64,000 bases of DNA from a bacterium (GTDB lineage: Bacteria > Hinthialibacterota > Hinthialibacteria > Hinthialibacterales > Hinthialibacteraceae), in contig CAXXSM010000022.1 in NCBI GenBank assembly GCA_963663405.2, positions 1 through 64,000 on the forward strand, written 5' to 3'. The notes under the pieces were generated by a model. It was given only the letters and a program-made list of their open reading frames with translations, was not told the DNA's origin and did not search any database. Of the stretch, positions 49,479-60,170 are shown piece by piece (positions within the stretch are counted from its first letter, which is position 1; each line of letters starts with the position of its first letter). The translations under genes and the position numbers were made by a program.

Positions 49479-51432
49479 ATGAAAACAGGCAAACGAAAAC
49501 CATTCAAACCTGCCCGCAATCTCCCCCCACCCCTCAACGTCACCATTGGTGTGGCCGGTCATATTGATCATGGGAAGACCGAATTGGTGAAAATGTTAAC
49601 CGGCTGCGACACCGACCGGTTGAAGGAGGAAAAAGAACGGGGCATGTCCATCGAACTGGGATACGCGCCCCTGTCATGTCGGCGCCAACCGGGTGGGGAT
49701 CGTGGATGTGCCGGGTCATGAGCGTTTTATCCGCAACATGGTCGCCGGGGCCACCGGGATGGACATCACGTTGCTGGTCATCGCCGCTGATGACGGCGTG
49801 ATGCCGCAAACTCGCGAGCATCTCGATATCGCGCAACTCCTTGGCGTTCAGCGTGTGATCACAGCGATTACGAAAACCGATCTCGTCTCCCCGGATCGGA
49901 TTGAAGAAGTCCGGCGGCAAATTGAAACATTCTTAGAAGCGACCCGGTACGCAGGGGCTTCTATCACTCCCTGTTCATCCGTAACCGGTGAAGGATTGAC
50001 TGAACTGCGTCAACAGATGGACGCGGCGGTTCAAGCTGTCGAACGGAAAAAAACCAGTGGAATGTTCCGGCTGCCAATTGACCGGATCTTCACTTCCGAG
50101 GGGCATGGTGTTGTCGTTACGGGTATCGCGATTTCCGGCAGCGTGAAAGCCGGTGAGATGGTAGACCTGCTTCCATCTGGAAAAACCGGCCGTGTGCGCA
50201 GTTTGCAGGTTTATCTCGGCGATGCGGAAGAAGGCATCGCCGGACAATGTGTGGCGCTCAACTTGACGCAAATCGGAAAGGACGAATTCACACGCGGCGA
50301 CGTTCTCGCATCTCCAGGACGGTTCTCCGCTTATTATCGTTTTACCGCGCGGGTGCAATCTTCGCTCTTTTTAGAATCTCCGCTGCGGAATTCCGCCCGG
50401 ATCCGATTTCATACGGGAACATCGGAAACACGGGGAAAATTGCGGCTGATGAACGATGACTCCCTCGAACCGGGTCAAGAGACATTCGCTCAGATCGAGT
50501 TGGATGAACTCGTTCCTGCGTTTCTTCACGACCGGTTCATCATCCGGCTGGAATCGCCGCCCCGCACCGTCGCGGGTGGAACCATAATCGAATGCGGAGG
50601 TTTTCGCCGTAAACGTTTTCATGAGCCTGTTTTGCGTCAACTGCGGAATCGCTGGGACGCGTTATGTAATAATACCAAGTTAATTGAGATTCTGCTTGAA
50701 GAGACGCCGTTCCACTCTCAATCGATCGAAGAACTCGCGAAAGCGATAGGCGTCCCCAATTCTGAAGCGCAACAGTTGGTTCAAACGATTATCCAGAAAC
50801 AGAACGCGATCACGTTGAAAGAGAACCGTATTGTCTCATCTTCAGGATTGCGGAAAGCCGCTAATTATACGCTGGACACGTTGAAAAAACTGCACACCGC
50901 CCATCCCACCCGCTTTGCGTTTACAAAAGACGAAATCCGCGCCGGGATGCAAGAAGGTGAGGACCTGATTGACCCGGCTCTCGCGCGGCTTCTTAATGAA
51001 CACCGCGCGATTCTCTCCGGCTCTTCATACCGTGACGCCGAAGCGGTTGACGCGGATCCCCAAACGCTCGCGCTGGCGAAGCAAATCGAACGTCTTCTCT
51101 TCGAAGAGAAATTTAAAACTTCCTCCCCCGCGCAACTGGCGGAGAAACTGAGACGCCCTGTGGCCGCCATCGAATCCACATTCAAATATCTTGTTGAAAA
51201 AGGCGCCGCGATCCGGCTGGCAGAAACGGTCTATTTGCACAACAAGCATGTGGAATGGGCGAAAGAACAACTTATCAAAGCCATTCAACGGGATGGATTT
51301 TTTGAAACGCACCTTTTCAAAACCGTCATCGGAAGCAGCCGGAAATACGCGATCCCCCTATTGGATCATTTCGACGCCACGGGAGTCACCCGCCGCATTG
51401 GCGGCAAGCGTTATTTACAAGAGAAGAAATAA
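49479..51432 (+). CDS. selB: Selenocysteine-specific elongation factor SelB; one apparent +1 indel in the C run at 49668-49671
   Basis: [66 protein letters not shown]-terminal [17 protein letters not shown] winged helix. Confidence 0.93.
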
Positions 51433-51533
51433 TCCACCCTTCTCCCTTATCCCGCCTTGTGGCGCTGCTCTTATAGAAATTCCATTACCAGCCATCAGGT
51501 AAATAATAGATACATAACACTCTTGGAAGACAA

Positions 51534-51565
51534 TAAAGGGATGCCCAACTGCAGGCATCCCTTTA
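51534..51565. terminator. Bidirectional terminator between convergent genes
   Basis: TAAAGGGATGCC-N8-GGCATCCCTTTA. Confidence 0.75.
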
Positions 51566-51590
51566 ATAAACATACTATTTCTCTCTGCCT

Positions 51591-53646
51591 TTAGAAGAGC
51601 GTCCAATCCGACACATCAGTCTCCACATCGATTGAGACGTTATCAATCGCCCACCACCAATCGTTTCCGGCTTCAAACATAATCCAAGAAATCATCATGG
51701 TTGACGCGCCTCCAGGATTGTCAATCGAAATGTTGATTGTTTCATTTGTGGCGTCTGGTTTGAATGTCGCATCGCTGGCGTTCGAGGTCCAGCGTAAGAG
51801 TTCCACTGGATCTCCGTCATCAAAGGAAACTTCCACACGCGCTTTTTGGTCATCTTCAGGACGCCAGCTGGAATCAAAGGCTAACCGAACGGAATTCGCG
51901 GCAACGCCATCCAACAAAATAGGAGGCGTGCTGAGAATCGTATTAAATGTGCCTTCATCGTGATCCGTATCATCCCATTCATCTGGATCGGCTACGGCCA
52001 CTGTGCCAGAAGCGTTGGTGAATTGCGTGCGTTCTTGATCTTCCGCCGCGGTAGCCCAGGCGTTGAAATCGGCGAAGGACCAACCTCTCCATTCCGGTAC
52101 ACCGCCCGCGGGAACGCCACTATCATCAACGGTCCAACCTCCAGGAGGTGTTTTGGTCCAGTCCGTTCCATCGCCGCCTACTGTTTCCACAACAAAAGCT
52201 CGTAACGGAAGACCTTCGAAATCTTCAAACACAGGAAGCGAGACCGGTTGGACTTGCGGTTCGCGGGAAGTGTCCACCACTCGAATGTTGTCAATCGCCC
52301 ACCACCAATCATTTCCGGCGTCAAGCATTTCAAAGCTGAGTACCAATTCCGACGCGCCCTCAGGATTTTGAAGATTGTACGTCAATGTATCATTGGTTGA
52401 ATTGTCATCTTTAAAGTTGGGATCATTGGCGTCAGAAACCCAAACGAAGATTTCAACAGGCGTTCCGCCATCATAAATGGCGTTCAACCGGGCTTTTTGA
52501 AAGTCTTCAGGCCGCCAGCTGGAATCAAAAGACACTTCAATGGAATTCGGAGCGGCTTCGGAGACGTCTAACGGAGGCGTCATTAAAAAGGCATTGTACG
52601 TGCCATTGTTCCCTGGGCTTCCGATATCGTCCCACTCATCCGGATCCACAATCGCAACGACTCCCGTTCCCTTTGTGAATTCAAAACGGCGCTGATCCCC
52701 TGCGACAGTGGCCCAAGCGTCTTTAATAGCAAAGGACCAACCTCTCCATTCGGTGACTCCCCCCTCAGGCGCGTCAAATTCTAAGGTCCAGTTTTCAGGC
52801 GGGAAGCCGTCCAAACCTGATCGGCATTTATTTCGGAAATACCTTCTGGGAGATTTTCATCTTGGAAGGGCCCTAGATCCAGACCTTCGAAATCTTCCGT
52901 AAACAAGACTTCATCGCCTGCAGTCACCTTAACATTATCGATCGCCCACCACCAATCATTGCCGGCGTCAAACATTTCAAAACTGAAAACCATTGTGGAA
53001 GCGCCGCTCGGATTCTCCAATTCAAAGATCAAAGTATCATTCGTTGAATTGTCATCTTTAAAAACGGATCGCCCTCCGTTGAAGTCCAAAAGAACACATC
53101 ACTCGGCGCGCCGCCATCGTAGGAAACCGTTACCGCGGCGGCCTGATTGTCTTCCGGTCTCCAACTAGAGTCGAATTGAAACACGACTGTGTTCGCTTCG
53201 ACTCCCGTTAAAGATATGGGAGGAGTTTGCATAAAGGAATTGAAAGTGCCTGGATCATGATCGAGATCGTCCCACTCATCGGGATCGACAATCGCGACTG
53301 TGCCTTGCCCTTTGGTAAATTCACTTCGGCGCTGATCGCCCGCGACAAATGACCAAGCGGCTTTATTCGCAAAAGACCACGCTCTCCAATCTCGTACGCC
53401 CCCCAGGGGAGTCACATCTTCTACGACCCAGCCTTCTGGAGGCACATTCGTCCAAACCTGATTGACATCGATTGCTCCCGGATCTTCATAGACCTCATCC
53501 ACAAATGGCCCAAGGTCCAATCCTTCAAAATCTTCATCCAGCAACACAACTTGTGAATGAAGAGGCGCCGTGAAAAACAAGGAGACGATCGCCAGCGTAA
53601 AAACTACGAGATGTTTTTTATCCATTTCTCTTCCTTTGAAATACAA
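51591..53646 (-). CDS. Secreted acidic Trp-rich protein with three tandem ~215-aa beta-domain repeats; two apparent indels
   Basis: Three ORFs join (missing base in the A run 53060-53064 and the G run 52801-52803); repeats EDFEGL…GGV.[ED]WR.WSFA…DPDEWDD…FDSSWRPED…AGNDWWWAIDN; ends TDVSDWTLF. Confidence 0.75.
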
Positions 53647-54055
53647 GATGTGCGATTAGGCAATTCCAATTACCCAAATTATTTTTTGATTATTGATTAT
53701 TAGTCAAGGGATAATTACCAACGTACCCTTAGATTAAACAAAAAATAATGCTACATAAAAAAACATCAAATATTACTATCGATTTTTATCCTTCGTAATA
53801 GCGCGTCCAAAACAATCCAATTCGGCTGTATTGTATGCCGATCTTGTTGAAAATTCAAATCCTCTTAGCTCATTTCCCGTTTTTTTATAAGGATTTAATA
53901 ATAATGGACTCCATTGTCGCATAGACTTTGCCGCCATTTCTCCTTCATAGAGAGTTTTATGAATATTTCTCACCGTGCAAGATGAAGTCCTTCCTTCACC
54001 CAAAGACACAGAAAGGGCTTTTACTTCCCTGATTCACACCTTACCTGGCACATAT

Positions 54056-54149
54056 AAACCATCATGATCGAGATCACAACTGCAAATGAAAATGAGTTGC
54101 GGGAGAAATCTTGAATGAGTAAATCTCGGAAACTCATTTTCACATAAAA
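54056..54149 (+). repeat. ~95-nt dispersed structured repeat, copy 2
   Basis: TGAAAATGAGTT…AACTCATTTTCA inverted arms. Confidence 0.8.
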
Positions 54150-54233
54150 AAGTGGCGGTTATAAAATAACCGCCAAAGGGAAAGAATATGAAACAAGCCG
54201 ATCTTAACGATCGGACTTGGTCTCGCGTTTTGA

Positions 54234-55709
54234 TTAGCGAATAGAACGTGGAGTAGGCGCCCAATCCGCATGATTTCCGATCAGGTCGATTTCTTTGAAT
54301 AACTGATCGATCTCATCCTGGAAATCCGGTTGGAATGATTTCTGATTCCTTTCGCGAATCTCAGTTTGTTTGTCACGATCCAATCCAGCGCGCATCCCTC
54401 TTGGACCTCTCTCCATATCGCGTCGGAAGCCACGGCCCATTCCTGCGCGCATACCTTCGGGTCCTTCTCCTTGGCCTCTAAAACCGCGCCGCATACCTGG
54501 ACGCATTCCTTGCGGACCTCTCTCCACATCGCCCCGGAAACCACGGCCCATTCCTGCGCGCATACCTTCGGGACCTTCGCCTTGGCCTCGGAATCCACGC
54601 CGCATCGCCAAGCGCTTTCCTTGTGGACCTCTCTCCACATCGCCCCGGAAGCCACGGCCCATTCCTGCGCGCATACCTTCGGGACCTTCGCCTTGGCCTC
54701 TAAAACCGCGCCGCATACCTGGACGCATTCCTTGTGGACCGCTCTCCACATCGCCCCGGAAACCACGGCCCATTCCTGCGCGCATACCTTCGGGACCTTC
54801 GCCTTGGCCTCTAAAACCGCGCCGCATACCTGGACGCATTCCTTGTGGACCGCTCTCCACATCGCCCCGGAAACCACGGCCCATTCCTGCGCGCATACCT
54901 TCGGGACCTTCGCCTTGGCCTCTAAAACCGCGCCGCATACCTGGACGCATTCCTTGTGGACCGCTCTCCATATCGCCCTGGAAACCACGGCCCATTCCTG
55001 CGCGCATACCTTCAGGACCAGCGCCTTGGCCTCTAAAACCGTGTCTCATACCTGGACTCATTCCTCGCGGACCGCCGTCTTTGGCGCTCTGGAAACCGCG
55101 CCGTATTCCTGGTCTCTCTTTGTTCAACGCTGCCTTTAATCCAGCTTGGAAACCACGTTGATAAGCGGCGGCTAGAACATGTTTAATCTTGTTTTTCAGA
55201 CTTACGGACCATGTGTCCTTCTTCACTTCATTCTCTCTGTCTTCCGCGCTGAATTGGGGACCTTTATCCGCGCCGGGACGTTCCTGCATTCTCGCTCTGC
55301 GGCTAGGACCTCTCGGTTCATCCATCTCAGGATTCTCATCAGAGGCGCCGCGCCGCATCCGAAATCGTGGTCCATCCAAATCATCTTCCGCGGCGCCACG
55401 TCCGCCTCGTCTCATTCCAACAGGAGGATTGTCAGGATTCTCACCGTCTCCTCGCTGGAAGCTTCGTCCTCTTCCAACGCGGGGAGCGTCTGTCTCTTCA
55501 TCTTCCGCATTCCAGAAGCCACGCATAAAACCTCTATGGCCGGCGCCAGCGCCCCATCCGGCGCCAGGCCCCCGGCGGGGGGATTCCTGTTTTACTTGCG
55601 GCGCCGGATCCTCTTGACTCTTCAATTCCTGCGCCTGACCACTCAGCGTCAACGCGCCAATGACTGTTGCGCTTACAAACAGTGTCTTATATATAGGTAT
55701 GACCTTCAT
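54234..55709 (-). CDS. Secreted low-complexity Gly/Arg/Met-rich tandem-repeat protein
   Basis: GAGG RBS, signal peptide (…LSGQAQE), six 37-aa repeats. Confidence 0.72.
   Translation of the reverse strand: MKVIPIYKTLFVSATVIGALTLSGQAQELKSQEDPAPQVKQESPRRGPGAGWGAGAGHRGFMRGFWNAEDEETDAPRVGRGRSFQRGDGENPDNPPVGMRRGGRGAAEDDLDGPRFRMRRGASDENPEMDEPRGPSRRARMQERPGADKGPQFSAEDRENEVKKDTWSVSLKNKIKHVLAAAYQRGFQAGLKAALNKERPGIRRGFQSAKDGGPRGMSPGMRHGFRGQGAGPEGMRAGMGRGFQGDMESGPQGMRPGMRRGFRGQGEGPEGMRAGMGRGFRGDVESGPQGMRPGMRRGFRGQGEGPEGMRAGMGRGFRGDVESGPQGMRPGMRRGFRGQGEGPEGMRAGMGRGFRGDVERGPQGKRLAMRRGFRGQGEGPEGMRAGMGRGFRGDVERGPQGMRPGMRRGFRGQGEGPEGMRAGMGRGFRRDMERGPRGMRAGLDRDKQTEIRERNQKSFQPDFQDEIDQLFKEIDLIGNHADWAPTPRSIR
54385..55075 (-). 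repeat. Coding tandem repeat, 111-nt period, about 6 copies
   Basis: For example CCACATCGCCCCGGAAACCACGG at 54746 and 54857. Confidence 0.92.
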
Positions 55710-55844
55710 TGTTTTTTACCTCACAAATTTAATTTACCAACAATGGCCATCGTTGTATGTTTCTGTTGAGTAAAACGAATTGAGTTTGAATTTATTGAGG
55801 GGATTGAAAAAAATACGAAAAAGAGATATGGAGGGAAGCGTTCA

Positions 55845-56288
55845 CTAGATCATCGGCACAATCACACCGGGACCAGGCGATACTTTGATAAGGGATTCCG
55901 CATAGCCCTTATTGTTTTTCCGGTCGATGACTTCCAACGTATAGCGATGCAGACCGTATTCGGTATCACCATTGAACTCATGCTCAATCGCCAACGAATT
56001 ATTGATCTCCAGCGGGATGGTTTTTCCATCGACCCGCAGCACAACGGATTTAATCCCGTCTGGATCGTTGATATAAACATACATTTTATATGGATCGTTC
56101 CCACTCAGTTCCCGCCGTTGGCTGATCAGTTTCGTAATCGCATAGATAAACGGATTCATCTGCTTTCCGCGAATGGTTTGCGCGTCTAGAAATTCCACCG
56201 TGCAATAGGGTTTGGCGAACCACAATTGCAACGCGAAAATACACGCGGCAATGATGATCACAGTAAAAGCGATTTTCTTGATTTTCAT
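55845..56288 (-). CDS. Hypothetical membrane-anchored protein with Ig-like C-terminus
   Basis: AAGGAG RBS, N-terminal TM, DPDGIKSVVLRVDG…GLHRYTLEVID..NN. Confidence 0.65.
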   Translation of the reverse strand: MKIKKIAFTVIIIAACIFALQLWFAKPYCTVEFLDAQTIRGKQMNPFIYAITKLISQRRELSGNDPYKMYVYINDPDGIKSVVLRVDGKTIPLEINNSLAIEHEFNGDTEYGLHRYTLEVIDRKNNKGYAESLIKVSPGPGVIVPMI

Positions 56289-56306
56289 TGATTCACTCCT
56301 TCATAA

Positions 56307-56401
56307 AAACCATCATAATTGAGATCACAACATGCAAATGAAAATGAGTTGCGGGAGAAATCTCGAACGAGTCAGTCTCAAAAACTCATTTTCATATAAA
56401 A
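56307..56401 (+). repeat. ~95-nt dispersed structured repeat, copy 3
   Basis: ATGAAAATGAGTT…AACTCATTTTCAT arms with inner CTCG-AA-CGAG. Confidence 0.8.
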
Positions 56402-56677
56402 GAAACAACTCTCCGCGTTCTCAAGATAACATAAAATATAAAAGAACGCGATCTGTTTTTGTATAGAAATGTAAAACCTAAATCCTATCCAATTACACAA
56501 ACTTCAATCGAATACTAATTTATAAATAAACTAACACGGCGGCGTCTTATCCTGCCTATTCATATTATACTTAAAAAAATCATACGCTCTCTATAGAATC
56601 ACAATTATATAAAAAACATGAGACGTAGATCTAGAGAAAAAAACGAGATTCACAGCCATCCATACAATCATCATTGA

Positions 56678-56706
56678 TTGACGAAAGCGCAAAGCGGGCG
56701 TACTCT
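56678..56706 (+). promoter_or_regulatory. Putative sigma70 promoter TTGACG-N17-TACTCT
   Basis: Direct match about 40 nt upstream of the symporter start. Confidence 0.5.
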
Positions 56707-56747
56707 GTCAAAACGGAATTGCATGAATGAAGAAAAAGGATAGGGGA

Positions 56748-58475
56748 ATGACGCTAGCCGTTATCGATATAGCGATTTTGATCCTGTATATGGTGGGGAT
56801 TGTCTCACTGGGGATCTATTTACGGCGCCGGGCTTCGGGGAGTGTAGAGGATTATTTTCTCGCAGGACGCCGCGTGCATTGGCTTTGGATCTCCATGTCG
56901 GGCAGTGTGACTACATTCGATATCACCGGCACGCTGTGGATCGTGGCCATGTTTTATGAGATGGGTCTCAAGGGGATGTGGATTCATTGGACGTGGGGTT
57001 TTCTGATGCCCGCCGCGTTCTTCGCGTTCACGGGCAAGTGGGTGCGGCGCTCGAACGTTGTCACCGGCGCCCAGTGGCTCGAAACCCGTTTCGGAACTGG
57101 ACTTGACGCACGGATCGCCCGCCTGATGTACGCGGTCATGTCGATCATTTTTACAGTGGGCATGATCGGTTACGCGTTCCAAGGAATCGGAAAATTCGTC
57201 TCCGTCTATTTCCCGATTTCCGAACACGCAGGAGCGTTGTTGATCATAGGCGTCACCTCGATTTACGTGATCCTCGGCGGCATGTACAGCGTTATATTCA
57301 CGGACGTAGTACAAACATTGATCCTGACAGTCGCCGCGTTTTGGGTGACTTATATCGGCTTTCACGAAATTACATATGAAGGTCTCGCCGCCGCCGCGCC
57401 GAGAGGCTGGCTGGAGATATGGCCCTCCTGGGAACCGGCACATTTAGCGGGGAGCGAAAATTTTCAATTCTTCGGCGCGCTCTGTATCGCCTGGGTGTTA
57501 AAAGGCCTGTTTCTGAATGCGGGCGGACCAGGACAGTTGACAGATTTCCAGCGATTCCTCTCCACCCGCTCCGCGCGTGACGCCAGTAAGGTCGGCGCGG
57601 GATGGTGCTTCTTTCTCATTAGCCGTTGGGGAATGTGCATGGCGATCACCGTACTGGCGATGATTGGAATTGAGGGCGTGACTGATCATGAAAAAGTCCT
57701 TCCGCTTGTTTTGAATAACTACCTTCCTATGGGAATCAAAGGCCTTGTGCTCGCCGGTTTTCTCGCGGCGTTTATGTCAACGTTCGATTCCACGATCAAC
57801 ACCGGCGCGTCCTACGTCGTGCAGGACATTTACCGGGCGCATATCAAACCAAACGCGGGACCGAAGGAATTGACCTGGGCCGGATATATCGCTTCGCTTC
57901 TCATTGTTGGATCAGGGTTGCTCGTCGGTTTTCAAGCGCAATCCGTTCAAAGTATCTGGAATTGGCTGATGATGGTGTTCGGCGCGGGATTCTGCGTTCC
58001 CAACGCGCTGCGCTGGTATTGGCGCCGGTTCAACGCCTGGGGCACGGTGATCTCATTGGGCGCGGGGATGGCGCTCTGTTTCGGACTTACCGCTTTCTAT
58101 CCTGATGCCCGCACGGATATCGCGTTCTATGTGATCGTCGGCGGCAGTCTCATCGCCGGAATCGCCGCGGCTCTCCTCACAGCTCCTACAGACAAAACCG
58201 TGCTTCAAAACTTTTACAACCACGTCCGTCCCGGCGGTTTCTGGGGCCCCGAACGCGCCGCGGCGAAAGACGATCCTTCCGCCATTCCCGAAGAATCGTT
58301 CGCTTTCGACCTCCTGAACGCCTTCATTGGAATGATTGTAGTAACCTGTATCTATCTCACACCGATTTACGCCGTGATCCACCGCCTGGATGTTGTTAAA
58401 TGGCTGTCATTGGCCATCTCCGTGTGTCTTGTTATTCTATGGCGGACCTGGTATTGCCGGCTACCTAACGACTAA
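56748..58475 (+). CDS. Sodium:solute symporter (SSS) family protein
   Basis: SVEDYFLAGR, LETRFG, LGGMYSVIFTDVVQ, GFLAAFMSTFDS; many TM helices. Confidence 0.92.
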   Translation: MTLAVIDIAILILYMVGIVSLGIYLRRRASGSVEDYFLAGRRVHWLWISMSGSVTTFDITGTLWIVAMFYEMGLKGMWIHWTWGFLMPAAFFAFTGKWVRRSNVVTGAQWLETRFGTGLDARIARLMYAVMSIIFTVGMIGYAFQGIGKFVSVYFPISEHAGALLIIGVTSIYVILGGMYSVIFTDVVQTLILTVAAFWVTYIGFHEITYEGLAAAAPRGWLEIWPSWEPAHLAGSENFQFFGALCIAWVLKGLFLNAGGPGQLTDFQRFLSTRSARDASKVGAGWCFFLISRWGMCMAITVLAMIGIEGVTDHEKVLPLVLNNYLPMGIKGLVLAGFLAAFMSTFDSTINTGASYVVQDIYRAHIKPNAGPKELTWAGYIASLLIVGSGLLVGFQAQSVQSIWNWLMMVFGAGFCVPNALRWYWRRFNAWGTVISLGAGMALCFGLTAFYPDARTDIAFYVIVGGSLIAGIAAALLTAPTDKTVLQNFYNHVRPGGFWGPERAAAKDDPSAIPEESFAFDLLNAFIGMIVVTCIYLTPIYAVIHRLDVVKWLSLAISVCLVILWRTWYCRLPND

Positions 58476-58478
58476 TTC

Positions 58479-59864
58479 TCACCCAGCGGGCCGCAGTCCG
58501 TATTTCTTCATCAATTCCTGCAGATGGCGGCGGCTGATGCCGGCCATCTGTGCGGATTGGGTTACGTTCTCCTCATTCGCCGCTAGGAGTTCTTTTAAAT
58601 ACGTCTGCTCAAACAATTCACGCGCTTCATGAAAAGTCAAGCGGACGGGATCGAAGACCGTTCCCGTCTCCCCGCCGCTCGTAGACGATAGGGTGGATGG
58701 CAGATCGTCTACTTGAATGATCCCATTCTCGCGCAGCACCATACAGCGCTGAATCACGTTCTCCAATTCCCGCACATTTCCCCGCCAATTGTATTCAATC
58801 ATGACTCGCATCGCTTCTGGATCGACGCCTTCAATGGACCGGTTCATCTTTTTATTTAATAACGAAATAAAATGCTCGGTTAACAACGGAATATCATCCC
58901 TCCGTTCCCGGAGAGGAGGCAGGTGAAGATCCATGATCGACAGCCGGTAAAAAAGATCTTCCCGAAACAATCCTTCCTCCACTTTTTCTTTTAAGTGCTG
59001 GTTGGTTGCGGCGATCACACGGGCGTCAATCGCTTTCGCCTGTACGCTGCCTACACGGCGAATCTCTTTTTGTTCCAACACCCGGAGAAGTTTGACCTGC
59101 AATTCGAGAGGCAGATCCCCAATCTCATCGAGAAAGAGCGTTCCCCCATCCGCCGCTTCAAATACACCGATTTTCTGTTTATGCGCGCCGGAGAACGCGC
59201 CTTTTTCATGGCCGAACAGTTCACTTTCGATTAACTCTTTCGGCAGCGCGGCGCAATTGATCGCCAAAAAATTCGCTTTCTTCCGGTTGGATTGTTTGTG
59301 AATGGCGCGCGCGACAAGTTCTTTCCCGGAACCGCTTTCACCCAAAATAAGAACCGTACTATCTGTGGGGGCGACTTTTTCAATCATCGTAAACAGTTCC
59401 TGCATGGGCTCGCTTTTCCCCACCATGTCTTCCAACCGGTCTCGTTCTTCCAACGCGCGTGTGAGATACCGGTTGCGGTCCAGCAGGCGCTTTCTTTCAA
59501 CGGCGTTGCCGATGATGTGGACGACTTCATCGTTGTTGAACGGTTTGGTGATGTATTCATACGCGCCCTGTTTCATCGCGGTGACGGCGGTCTCGACGGT
59601 TCCATACGCCGTCATCATCACCACTGAAGTATCGGGCGAATCCCGCCGGATGATTCCCAATAATTCGAGTCCGTCCATACCCGGCATGCGGATATCCAGC
59701 ATGGCGGCGTCATACATTTCTTTCGCCAAACACTTAAGCGCTTCTTCCCCCGACAGCGCCGTATCCACATGATATCCCTTGTCAGATAACAAGCGTTTCA
59801 GAATATGACACATCCCTTTTTCATCATCGACGATCAAGATATTGCCAAGACTTCCAGAACTCAT
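58479..59864 (-). CDS. Sigma54-dependent NtrC/AtoC-family response regulator
   Basis: Receiver (IVDDE, DIRMPGMDG), GESGSGKELVA, ESELFGHEKGAFSGA, FLDEIG, WRGNVRELEN, Fis-type HTH. Confidence 0.95.
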   Translation of the reverse strand: MSSGSLGNILIVDDEKGMCHILKRLLSDKGYHVDTALSGEEALKCLAKEMYDAAMLDIRMPGMDGLELLGIIRRDSPDTSVVMMTAYGTVETAVTAMKQGAYEYITKPFNNDEVVHIIGNAVERKRLLDRNRYLTRALEERDRLEDMVGKSEPMQELFTMIEKVAPTDSTVLILGESGSGKELVARAIHKQSNRKKANFLAINCAALPKELIESELFGHEKGAFSGAHKQKIGVFEAADGGTLFLDEIGDLPLELQVKLLRVLEQKEIRRVGSVQAKAIDARVIAATNQHLKEKVEEGLFREDLFYRLSIMDLHLPPLRERRDDIPLLTEHFISLLNKKMNRSIEGVDPEAMRVMIEYNWRGNVRELENVIQRCMVLRENGIIQVDDLPSTLSSTSGGETGTVFDPVRLTFHEARELFEQTYLKELLAANEENVTQSAQMAGISRRHLQELMKKYGLRPAG

Positions 59865-60170
59865 CGTTTCCTCATTACAGATGGATTAGACCGGTCCAGA
59901 ATCAAACTGAATCCGCCACGATTCTTATCCAGTCTAAAGTCGAACGGATGGAAAAACCAGTGCCGGTTGATTTCCATGAATCAAAGCGGTTCAGAGGAAC
60001 TCCATATCTCTCTTATGGCGACGGTCAACAGTCAAGCGCCTTTAACCAACCTTCTACACGATTCATTTCCACTATACAGTATTCATCATTGTATGTATGG
60101 CGCTCACACGGCGTGGGGATCCCTTACTAAAGCCGTAGCGCCCATGTTCTTTTTCGCTGGGAGAATGACT

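Noticed and set aside
54385-55075. CRISPR array, or overlapping genes in the alternative open frames
   Set aside because: Contiguous 111-nt tandem units with no unique spacers and no cas genes; the other frames are open only because the unit is a stop-free multiple of 3.
59190-59210. GAFSGA instead of GAFTGA in the sigma54 activator
   Set aside because: A conservative natural variant; not enough to claim altered function.
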